DNA from: Deltaproteobacteria bacterium
Lineage (GTDB): Bacteria > Myxococcota > Kuafuiibacteriia > Kuafuiibacteriales > Kuafuiibacteriaceae
Length of the DNA stretch: 64,000 nt
Direction of reading: 5' to 3'
NCBI GenBank assembly: GCA_040218735.1
Contig: JAVJQW010000062.1
Coordinates: 128,001 to 192,000, forward strand
The translations under genes and the position numbers were made by a program. The notes beneath the pieces were generated by a model. It worked only from the letters and a program-made list of their open reading frames with translations. It was not told where the DNA came from and ran no database searches. Of the stretch, positions 21,065 to 29,289 are shown piece after piece (position 1 is the stretch's first letter; every line of letters starts with the position of its first letter).

Positions 21065-22585
21065 TCAATGAACGCCGTGCATCCACTTCTTCAGGAACGG
21101 CGAGAGCGCGGTGATGACCACGCCGCCGACGAGCGGGAGCAGCACGAGCAGCAGGAAGAAGCCCGGGAGGCCCGGGAACACAAACGTGTGCTCGGCGGGG
21201 GCGCCGCCCTCGCCGGGGAGGAAGGCGCGCGACAGGACGGCGACCTGCGCGCCGACGAAGTTCGCGCCGGCGAGGGAGAGGAACCAGATGCCCATCATCA
21301 GCGCCTGCAGGCGCTTCGGGGCCAGCTTCGTCACCATCGACAGACCGACCGGCGAGAGGCACAGCTCACCCCAGGTGACGACGACGAACGTGATGAAGAG
21401 CCAGTGCGGACCGGCCATGCCGCCGTCCTGCGCCTGCATCGAGCCGAAGATCATCGCGATGAACGACAGGCCGAGGAGCCACTGACCCCACGCGAACTTC
21501 ATCGGCGTCGACGGGTTCTTGTCCATGGCGTTGAGCTTCACCCACAGCCACGAGAACACCGGCGCGAACACCACGATCGCGAGCGGGTTCACCGCTTGGT
21601 ACCAGGTCGCCGGGAACGCCGTGCCGAAGATCGTGCGGTCCGTGTTCTCCGCGGCGAACACGTTCAGCGTCGTGCCGGCCTGCTCGAAGAACGCCCAGAA
21701 CATGATGTTGCCGAGGATGGCGAGCACGACGATGACGACGAGCCGCTGGAAGTCGACCGACGTGAGCGGGCGCGTGGCCTCGTGCGCGTCCACGCGGGCG
21801 GCCTCGATCTCCTCCGGCGTCGGGTCGCGACCCGCCTCCTTGGCGGCGTCGTGGCTCGGCGGCAGGCCGATGCCCGCGAGGTACTTCGGGCGGAGGAACT
21901 GGTAGCAGATCAGCCCCATGATCATGCCGACCGCCGCGGCGCCGAAGCCCCAGTGCCAGCCGACCTTCTCGCCGAGCGTACCGGCGACGAGCGGCGACAG
22001 GAGCGCGCCGAGGTTGATGCCCATGTAGAAGATCGTGAACCCGGAGTCGCGGCGCGGGTCACCCTCGCCGTACAGCTGACCGACCATCACGGACACACAC
22101 GGCTTGAAGAAGCCGGTACCGACGACGATCAGGACCAGACCGCCGACGAAGCAGATCAGCGAGCCCGCGCTCGCCTGCATGCTCACCACCGAGCCGGGCG
22201 TGATCCCGAACAGCTCGGTCCCCGCCAGCGTGATGTGGCCCGCGGCGATGATCCAACCGCCGATCAACATCGAGCGGTGTGTCCCGAGGAACTTGTCCGC
22301 GAGCCAGCCGCCGACCAACGGCGTGATGTACACCGCCGACGTGTAGTACCCGTACAGCTCGTACGCCGACGCCTCGTCCCAGCCGAAGCCGGGGTTCCAG
22401 TTCTTCCCCCCGTCGGGGAGCAGCTCGTCGGTGCTCGCGATCAGGTACAGCACCAAGAGCGCGCGCATCCCGTAGTAGGAGAACCGCTCCCACATCTCGG
22501 TGATGAAGAGGACCCAGAGTCCCTTGGGATGCCCGGACGGCGCCGGCTGCGCTTGGCCATGCATGATTTCGGGGGCGTAAGTCAC
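21065..22585 (-). CDS. POT/PTR family proton-dependent oligopeptide transporter
   Basis: EMWERFSYYG (ExxERF), GTGFFKP, FYMGINLG, FEQAG, GELCLSPVGLS. Confidence 0.95.
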   Translation of the reverse strand: MTYAPEIMHGQAQPAPSGHPKGLWVLFITEMWERFSYYGMRALLVLYLIASTDELLPDGGKNWNPGFGWDEASAYELYGYYTSAVYITPLVGGWLADKFLGTHRSMLIGGWIIAAGHITLAGTELFGITPGSVVSMQASAGSLICFVGGLVLIVVGTGFFKPCVSVMVGQLYGEGDPRRDSGFTIFYMGINLGALLSPLVAGTLGEKVGWHWGFGAAAVGMIMGLICYQFLRPKYLAGIGLPPSHDAAKEAGRDPTPEEIEAARVDAHEATRPLTSVDFQRLVVIVVLAILGNIMFWAFFEQAGTTLNVFAAENTDRTIFGTAFPATWYQAVNPLAIVVFAPVFSWLWVKLNAMDKNPSTPMKFAWGQWLLGLSFIAMIFGSMQAQDGGMAGPHWLFITFVVVTWGELCLSPVGLSMVTKLAPKRLQALMMGIWFLSLAGANFVGAQVAVLSRAFLPGEGGAPAEHTFVFPGLPGFFLLLVLLPLVGGVVITALSPFLKKWMHGVH

Positions 22586-22656
22586 AGCGTTGTGACGTAC
22601 ACGTCAACCGACAACGGCGCGTCCAGACCTCGGGGTCGTTCAGGGCCTCGGGGCGT

Positions 22657-23052
22657 TCACGGCGTGTGGCTGCCGAGGACGATCGTCTCTTCGGTCTGCT
22701 CGCCGTTCACGATCTCGACGCCCTCGAGGCACCCGAACGCGATCGGCACGCCGCCCGCGTCGAAGCCCCACACCGCCAACGCGTAGGTGCCCGCGCGGAG
22801 GTCGAAGAGCACGCCGGTCGCCGCGTCGTCCGCGGCGTTCACGCTCATCGTCTGATTGTGCAGACCGAGGGTCGCCGCCGACGACAGCTCGATCCCCAGG
22901 CAGCTCGCGTCCCCCGGGTACAGGGAGATGCGCGCCGTCGTCATGTTCGGGAACAGGCCGCGGCTGGTCGCGTCGATCGACAGCCCCAAACCGGGCTCGC
23001 CGCCGCCGCAGGCGACCAGCGCCAACAGCGCGAGCGCGCCGAGGCGCCTCAT
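22657..23052 (-). CDS. Small lipoprotein
   Basis: MRRLGALALLALVAC lipobox; the ATG overlaps the upstream stop (ATGA). Confidence 0.8.
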   Translation of the reverse strand: MRRLGALALLALVACGGGEPGLGLSIDATSRGLFPNMTTARISLYPGDASCLGIELSSAATLGLHNQTMSVNAADDAATGVLFDLRAGTYALAVWGFDAGGVPIAFGCLEGVEIVNGEQTEETIVLGSHTP

Positions 23053-23669
23053 TGGAAGTCCACGACGAGGCATCCGCCGTCCCCCCGATCACAAGCGGTG
23101 CTCGACCCACCGAGCGCCACGATGGCGACCACCGTCGCCACGGCCACGACCCCCGCGCCAATCCCCACGAACACCCACGGGCTCACGCCGTCGTCCTTGG
23201 GCGGCAGCTTCGTCACCGTCGTCTCCCCCGACGTCGGCGGCGGAGGCGGCGGTGGCACGAGCTCCACCTCGTCCGGCGGAGGGGGTGGAGGCGGCGGCGG
23301 TGGAGGCGGTGGCGAGGACGCCGTCGGCATCGAGCTCTTCACCCGCGCGATGGCGATCTTCGTCTTGGGTGAGGTCCCCTCGGGGACGACGACGTTCCGG
23401 TCGAGCTTCAGCGCCTGCACGAAGGCGGCGTCGGCGGCCTCGGTGTTGCCGAGCTCGAAGTCGAGCATCCCGAGGTAGAGGAACGCGCGGGCGCGATCGG
23501 CGTCGGGCAGATCCTTCGCGCGGCTCGCGGCGTTCAGCCGCGCGCGGGCGCGGTCGATGTCGAGGTTGTCGTAGAAGGCGATGCCGTCATCGAGGTCGCG
23601 TTTGCCGTCCGCGAGCGCGGCGCCCGGGAGCAGGCAGCACGCGAGCACCACTGATGCGGTCCACCGCAA
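23049..23669 (-). CDS. Exported TPR protein with Pro linker and C-terminal hydrophobic segment
   Basis: Probable TTG start at 23669, signal peptide (PGAALA), TPR (AFLYLGMLDFELGNTEAADAAFVQAL), poly-Pro, PWVFVGIGAGVVAV. Confidence 0.7.
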   Translation of the reverse strand: MRWTASVVLACCLLPGAALADGKRDLDDGIAFYDNLDIDRARARLNAASRAKDLPDADRARAFLYLGMLDFELGNTEAADAAFVQALKLDRNVVVPEGTSPKTKIAIARVKSSMPTASSPPPPPPPPPPPPPDEVELVPPPPPPPTSGETTVTKLPPKDDGVSPWVFVGIGAGVVAVATVVAIVALGGSSTACDRGDGGCLVVDFQ

Positions 23670-23692
23670 GTCTTTGGGTTCCGAGGCGCCGG

Positions 23693-23983
23693 TCAGGCCG
23701 TGCCGGCGAGCGCCGCCTTGAGGCGCTTCTGAATCGACTTCTCGAGGAGGTCCGGCTTCACGCCCGCCATCTTGGCCATCATGCCCAGCTTGACCACGAC
23801 GGTGACGTTCTTGTCCGTGACACGCACGTCGCCGGAGGCGCCCGTCCCCTTGAGGTCGGCGTTCGCCCCGCTCCACTCGAGCTTCATCCCATACTTCGAG
23901 AGGTCCCCCTCGAAGCTGGCGAGCGACTTCTTGGCGTCGTCGACGGAGAGCGCGTGCGATTCGGTGACCGTAATCGTGCTCAT
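23693..23983 (-). CDS. Polyhydroxyalkanoate-system (PHA_gran_rgn)-like small protein
   Basis: 96 aa with the I.V...H.L...A, KYGMKLEWSG and G.SG.V.V pattern typical of this family. Confidence 0.7.
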   Translation of the reverse strand: MSTITVTESHALSVDDAKKSLASFEGDLSKYGMKLEWSGANADLKGTGASGDVRVTDKNVTVVVKLGMMAKMAGVKPDLLEKSIQKRLKAALAGTA

Positions 23984-23993
23984 GAGCGCCGAC

Positions 23994-24161
23994 CTACTTC
24001 AGCTTCTTCTCGACGAAGAGGACGTGCTTGCGCGCCTTCGGGTCGTACTTCTTGAGCTCCAGCTTGTTGGTCATCGTCCGGCGGTTCTTGGTGGTGATGT
24101 AGAAGAACCCGGTGCCCGCCGATGACTCGAGCTTGATCTTTTCGCGGCCGGTCTTTGCCAT
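23994..24161 (-). CDS. rpmG: 50S ribosomal protein L33 (Cys-free form)
   Basis: Not in the ORF track. [55 protein letters not shown], 55 aa. Confidence 0.97.
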   Translation of the reverse strand: MAKTGREKIKLESSAGTGFFYITTKNRRTMTNKLELKKYDPKARKHVLFVEKKLK

Positions 24162-24217
24162 GGTCCGGCCTGGCTATCCGATGTCCGCCCAATCAGCAAG
24201 GGCTTTGTCGCCCTGCG

Positions 24218-25255
24218 CTACAGCGCGTGCTCCATCCGCACCGCCGGCGCCTTGCCCCGGCACGGGCGCACCTCGCCGATGATCCAGGCCGACAGCTCGG
24301 CGGCGAGCGCCTCGGCCCGCCGGGGGGAGACCGCCATCAGCAAGCCCCCGCTCGTCTGCGGGTCCGCCGCCAGCCGGGTCGCGGCCCGCGGGGCGGTCTT
24401 GGCGGGCGCGAACTGGCGCCCGTAGCCGTTCAGGTTGACCTGCGTCGGGCCGACCTCGACCCCCTGCCCCAGGTAATCCATGACGCCCGGCAGCGTGGGG
24501 AGCGCCGAGGCGTCGAGCATCACGTCCACGTTCGACGCCCGCGCGATGTTGAGCGCGTGGCCCGCCAGGCCGAACCCGGTCACGTCGGTTGCGCAGCGAA
24601 CCCGGGCCTCGATCATCGCGGCGCTCGCGACGTCGTTCAGGGTCGTCATCGACGCGACGAGCGCGCGCGTCTGCTTCGCCGTGCGCAGCCCGTTCTTCAT
24701 CGCCTGGTACAGGACCCCCGTCCCGAGGGGCTTCGTCAGGACCAGGACGTCCTTCGGTTTGGCACCGGCGACCGTCGTCATCTTCTTGCTGCGCACGATG
24801 CCCGTCACCGCGAAGCCGAGCTTGAGCTCGGAGTCCTTCACCGTGTGCCCACCGATCAACATCGCACCCGCCGAGAACAGCAGCTCCTCCGCGCCGCGGA
24901 GCATCGGCCCCAGCGCGCGCGGCGGCAGATCCTTGGGGACGGCGAGGAACGACACCGCGGACATCGGCTGCCCGCCCATCGCGAAGATGTCGCTCACCGC
25001 GTTGGCGGCGGCGACGCGCCCGAAGGTCTCGGGGTCATCGACGATCGGCGTGATGACGTCGATGGTGTGGAGCAGCCCGCGATCCGCGTCCAGGCGCACC
25101 GCTCCAGCGTCGTCGACCGTGTTCATGTCGACGAGGATTCGTTTATCGGCCCGCGGCGCGAGCGAACCGAGCATGGCCTTCAGGTCACCCGGACCCAACT
25201 TGGCCGCTCACCCACCCGACAGCGCGTATTGGGTGAGACGAATGCGCTTTCCCAT
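24218..25255 (-). CDS. selD: Selenide, water dikinase (selenophosphate synthetase); selenoprotein with Sec at codon 16
   Basis: ATG 25255 reads MGKRIRLTQYALSGG-UGA-AAKLGPGDL, matching the GG[C/U]xxK active site. Also DDAG, AANAVSDIFAMGG, GGHT, LTKPLGTG, TDVTGFGL and DPQTSGGLL. Confidence 0.95.
25175..25207 (-). promoter_or_regulatory. Bacterial SECIS-like hairpin immediately 3' of the selD UGA
   Basis: After the UGA the mRNA reads GCGGCCAAG-UUGGGUC-CGGGU-GACCUGA-AGGCC: a 7-bp upper stem with a G-containing apical loop and GGCC/GGCC lower pairing. Confidence 0.75.
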
Positions 25256-25265
25256 CGACGTCGGC

Positions 25266-25937
25266 TTAGTCGTCCGTCGTCTGCGAAGCAAGCGTCGCCT
25301 CGATCGCGCGGCGGGTGTGCACACGTTCGAGGCGCCTCGCGTCGGCGAGCGCGCGCTCGAGGTCCTCGGCGCGATCGACGTCGTAGCCGACCTCGAGCTT
25401 CGCGATCTTCAGCGCAGCGGCGCCCGCCGCACGTTCCGTCGCGGCCATGACCTCGGGGGTCGACCACGGGATGTCTTGGAGCAGCGCAGGCTGCGGACCC
25501 GCGAACCCGACGAGATCGTAGCCGCCGTCTTCGGTCGGCCCAAAGACCGCGTCGTGCTCCGCGAGCGCGGCGAACGCGGCGCGGATGCGACCGGGCGCCA
25601 TCGTCGGGGCGTCGCTCCCGAGCACCAGCACGTGATCGGCGGCGCCGCGCACGCGTGCGTCTTCGATGCGCGCGCCCAACCCTTCGCCGGACTGCGCCGC
25701 GACGTCCCACCCCGCGGGCGCGAGCGCGCGGGCTTCGTCGATCGTGTCGCCCTCCGTGAGCGCGCAGGAGAAGACGCGGCGTTCGTTCGTCTCGCGATCG
25801 ACGTACGCGAACACGTCGGCGAGGAACGCACCGTACAGGTGCGCGGCGTTCTCGGGCGTGAGCGGCGGGCACATCCGCGTCTTCACGCGCCCCGGGCGGG
25901 GCAACTTGCCCATGACGACGACGGCGCGCGTCGTCAT
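25266..25937 (-). CDS. DUF2064/TIGR04282-like GT-A fold transferase (CofC-like)
   Basis: MGKLPRPGRVKTRM, QSGEGLGARI, VLGSDAP, VFGPTEDGGYDLVG, IPWST, YDVD..EDL. The ATG overlaps the upstream stop. Confidence 0.88.
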   Translation of the reverse strand: MTTRAVVVMGKLPRPGRVKTRMCPPLTPENAAHLYGAFLADVFAYVDRETNERRVFSCALTEGDTIDEARALAPAGWDVAAQSGEGLGARIEDARVRGAADHVLVLGSDAPTMAPGRIRAAFAALAEHDAVFGPTEDGGYDLVGFAGPQPALLQDIPWSTPEVMAATERAAGAAALKIAKLEVGYDVDRAEDLERALADARRLERVHTRRAIEATLASQTTDD

Positions 25938-26836
25938 CGCATCACGCACTGGAACCCTTGCGCGGTCATGATGCAGGCGGTGCCGGGCGGGCAGCTGTTG
26001 GGATCGTTCGGGTCGCAGGAACCGGGCGCCCCGCTTCCGCCGTCGCGCCCCTGGCCGCTCCCACACACCGTCGTGATCCCGCGGCCCGGCGTCTGCTGCG
26101 GGAGGCACATCAGCGGCGCGACACACGCGCCCGCGACGTTTGGATCACACGCTTCCCCCGCCTCCGCCGGTTCGCCGCAGGTGCATCGCGCCTGGCCGAA
26201 GACGATCGGACACGTGCAGCCGAGCGAGGTCTGACAGGAGCCGTCACCCGGTTCACAGGCGCGCCCTTCGGCGCCGTCGCTACAGAAGAAGAACGCGCCG
26301 CCGCCCGAGCCGATCGCTCGGACACACACGCCGTTCGGGCACGTCTCCGGGACGAAGCGATCACACAGCTCGTTGTTCGGATCGTGGGCGTCGCGGCAGC
26401 GGCAGTCCGTCGTGCTCGAAGCGTCCGTGTAACAGACACACCCGAGCTGCGTGGTGCAGATATCCGCGGTCTTGGAGCACGCGATCCCCAGGCGACCGTC
26501 GCTGCAGATGTCGATATCGAAGCCTTCGGAGCGCGCGCGCACGCATTGGAACGGGCTCTCGCAGGTCTCGGGGTGTTGGACGTCGCACGGTTCGTTGAAC
26601 GCCTTGGGTGTATGGCACCCGCAGTCGCCGAGGATGCAGCCGCACACCTGCCCGCCGCTGCACGTCACCGGGCACTGGTACGGCCCCGCGTCATTGAGGC
26701 CGGAGTCGTAGAAGCCGGCGTCGATGAAGCCGGCGTCGGGGATCGTGAACGCACCACCGTCGATGCCACGCTGCCCGGAGGTGTCCTTGCAGGTCACCAG
26801 CAGCAGGAGAGCGAAGACGGAAGCGAGGCGACGCAC
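25934..26836 (-). CDS. Cys-rich lipoprotein
   Basis: Lipobox-like LLVTC, DAG low-complexity linker, repeated C-x-C modules (e.g. CTTQLGCVC / CQTSLGCTC). Confidence 0.8.
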   Translation of the reverse strand: MRRLASVFALLLLVTCKDTSGQRGIDGGAFTIPDAGFIDAGFYDSGLNDAGPYQCPVTCSGGQVCGCILGDCGCHTPKAFNEPCDVQHPETCESPFQCVRARSEGFDIDICSDGRLGIACSKTADICTTQLGCVCYTDASSTTDCRCRDAHDPNNELCDRFVPETCPNGVCVRAIGSGGGAFFFCSDGAEGRACEPGDGSCQTSLGCTCPIVFGQARCTCGEPAEAGEACDPNVAGACVAPLMCLPQQTPGRGITTVCGSGQGRDGGSGAPGSCDPNDPNSCPPGTACIMTAQGFQCVMR

Positions 26837-26870
26837 GATTTGGCATCATCGCCGCGCGACACACGCGAGG

Positions 26871-27890
26871 TCAAAACAGGCCGAGCGCGAGCAGGTCCTG
26901 GACGTCGAGCAGCCCCACCGGGCGGTGCTTCGTATCCACGACCGCGACCTGGTCGACGTGATGCGCCCGCATCACCGCCGCCGCCTCCGCGACACGCTGA
27001 TCCGGCGTGATGGTCTTGGGCAAAGTCGACATCACCGAAGAGATCGGCGCCGCGAGATCACAGGTGCCCGACTCCATCAGGCGGCGCAGGTCGCCGTCCG
27101 TGAACATGCCGACGAGCTTCTTGTAGGGACCGATCACCGTCGCCGCGCCGGGGCGACCGGGCGTCGACGTCATCACGCTGATCACCTCGGCGATCGTCGC
27201 CTTCGGCTTCACACACGGCAGCATCTCGCCGCCCCGCATGACGTCCTCGACGAGCATCAGCCGCCGACCGAGCGAGCCGGCGGGGTGGAACTGCTTGAAC
27301 TCGTCCTCGGTGAAGCCGCGCAGCTCGAGCACGACCATCGCGAGCGCGTCGCCGAGCGCGAGCATCACGGTGGTCGACGTGGTCGGCGCGAGGCCGGTCC
27401 CCGCTTCGTCCCAGCGGCCCATCTCGATCGTCAGGTCCGCGCCGCGCGCGAGTGAGGAGCGCTTCGACGCGGTCATCGCGATCACCGTCGCGCCGACCTG
27501 CTTCACCGCGGGGATGAGCCGCAGCATCTCCTCGGTCTCCCCCGAGTGCGACAGCGCGAGCACCACGTCCGCCGGCGTGAGCCGACCGAGGTCGCCGTGC
27601 AGCGCGTCGGCCGGGTGGAGGAACAACGACGGGGTGCCGGTGGAGGCAAACGTCGCGGAGATCTTCTGCGAGACGAAGTTCGCCTTGCCCATCCCCGTGA
27701 CGACGAGGCGCCCCTCACACGCGGCGATGAGGTGCGTCGCCTTCGTGAAGGCGCCGTTCAGGCGCTCCCCGGCCTCGGCGACCGCGCGTGCTTCGTCGGC
27801 GAGGACACGCCGCCCGATCGCGAGCGGCCGCACCGTCGACTTTCGCTTCAATGGATTGCGGCGCCGGGCCACGGCGCGGACCGTAGCCAC
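26871..27890 (-). CDS. kdsD: KpsF/GutQ family arabinose-5-phosphate isomerase (SIS + CBS pair)
   Basis: VTGMGKA, STGTPSLFLHPADALHGDLG, SHSGET, APTTSTT, FHPAGSLG, then CBS domains. Exact start uncertain. Confidence 0.92.
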   Translation of the reverse strand: MATVRAVARRRNPLKRKSTVRPLAIGRRVLADEARAVAEAGERLNGAFTKATHLIAACEGRLVVTGMGKANFVSQKISATFASTGTPSLFLHPADALHGDLGRLTPADVVLALSHSGETEEMLRLIPAVKQVGATVIAMTASKRSSLARGADLTIEMGRWDEAGTGLAPTTSTTVMLALGDALAMVVLELRGFTEDEFKQFHPAGSLGRRLMLVEDVMRGGEMLPCVKPKATIAEVISVMTSTPGRPGAATVIGPYKKLVGMFTDGDLRRLMESGTCDLAAPISSVMSTLPKTITPDQRVAEAAAVMRAHHVDQVAVVDTKHRPVGLLDVQDLLALGLF

Positions 27891-27910
27891 CCGCCGCGGG
27901 AGCTGTAAAG

Positions 27911-29260
27911 TCAGATCGCCAGCAGGACGCTGGTACCGATCTTGAGATCCCCGCTGAAGACCGTCGCGCCCTCCAGCGGCGGGTCGTCCACGAACGGCGT
28001 GCGGTCCCCCATCCCGGTGAGCCCGACACGCTGGAACGTGTAGCTCACGCCGAGCTGCAGCCCGAACGCGGACGAGACCCAGAAGCGCCCGCCGCCGCCG
28101 ACGCGGAAGTTGATGCCGAACCCGTCACGCCCCGTGGTCGTGGGGCCTTCGTTGTAGACGGGGACGATCCCGAAGCGGCCCTCGGCGTCGAGCACGAGCT
28201 GCTCGTTCACCTGAACGGTGGCGCGCCCACCCGCTTCGAGCCCGATCGCGGACCAGCTCACGACGACGGTGTTCTCACCCTGCCCTTCCACGGTCATGGA
28301 GTCGTAGAAGAACCCGGCCAGCGGCGTGAGCACGAACCGCCCGGCCTCGTCGTCGCCGAATCGCGCGAGCTCGAGGTTGTAGTGCGCCGCGACGCCGACG
28401 TTGAAGAAGCGCCCGGTCGGCTCCGCGGGCGACACCGCGGGCTCGACGTCGATCGAGTACTTCACCGGCACGAACGACAGCCGCGCGTCGAAACCAAAGC
28501 CCACGCCGGGGATCGTCACACGCGCCCCCGCGTCGATCAGCATGAGCGGCGACAACGTGTACGCCAGCCCGGTGACGACGCCGCCGACCGCGACGGTGTA
28601 CGCGGACAGGGCCTGCGTCCCCGCGCCGAGGCGGAGCTGCAACATGCTCTGCTCGCCGCTCCCCGAGCCCTCCGATCCACCGACGCTCGTCTGCGCCCCC
28701 GTCGGCGACTCGTCCTTGGGTTTCGGCCGCGCGGCGGGGGGTGGCGGCGGCGGATCCGGATCGGGGGTCACCGCGGCGATCGGCGCGGGCGGCGGCGGCG
28801 GTGGTGCCGACACGCGGGACTTGATCGAGGCGGCCATCCCGCTCCCGATCGCGCGGCCGATCTTGGTCGCGCTCTTCCCGCGCCGGTAGGACTTCTTGAT
28901 CTTCTCGATCTCTTCGCCGGTGCGCACGTCGATCAGACGCGCCGTCGCGAAGTACTTCTTGCGGCTCCGGGTGATCTTCACGAGCAGCTGATACTGCGCG
29001 TCTGCGGCTTGCGCGGCCTCCAACGAGGTGGCCTTGGCGCCCGCGGACTTCGCGGCGCCGCGCAGCTCCTTGCCGTACACGACGAGCAGCCCCTGGCCGG
29101 CGAGGCCGGCGACGATGCCGCGCGTGAGGTTTTGCGCCTTCGCGCGGCGGGGGCCGCGAATCTTGGGGAGGGCGACGGACGCTTCCTGCGCCTCGGCGAG
29201 GTCGGGGGCGACCGCCGCCAGGAAGGCAGCCGTCGCGAGCGCTATCGATCTGATCGACAC
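27911..29260 (-). CDS. Exported protein with probable C-terminal outer-membrane beta-barrel
   Basis: Signal peptide (LAEAQ), N-terminal alpha/beta domain, Pro linker, alternating amphipathic beta-strands. Probable GTG start at 29260. Confidence 0.65.
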   Translation of the reverse strand: MSIRSIALATAAFLAAVAPDLAEAQEASVALPKIRGPRRAKAQNLTRGIVAGLAGQGLLVVYGKELRGAAKSAGAKATSLEAAQAADAQYQLLVKITRSRKKYFATARLIDVRTGEEIEKIKKSYRRGKSATKIGRAIGSGMAASIKSRVSAPPPPPPAPIAAVTPDPDPPPPPPAARPKPKDESPTGAQTSVGGSEGSGSGEQSMLQLRLGAGTQALSAYTVAVGGVVTGLAYTLSPLMLIDAGARVTIPGVGFGFDARLSFVPVKYSIDVEPAVSPAEPTGRFFNVGVAAHYNLELARFGDDEAGRFVLTPLAGFFYDSMTVEGQGENTVVVSWSAIGLEAGGRATVQVNEQLVLDAEGRFGIVPVYNEGPTTTGRDGFGINFRVGGGGRFWVSSAFGLQLGVSYTFQRVGLTGMGDRTPFVDDPPLEGATVFSGDLKIGTSVLLAI

Positions 29261-29289
29261 GCTCGCATCATACAACATCCGACACCGAC

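Noticed and set aside
22626-22660. Short imperfect direct repeat CCTCGGGG(T)CGTTCA
   Set aside because: Two ~14-nt copies around a stop codon; compatible with a chance local duplication.
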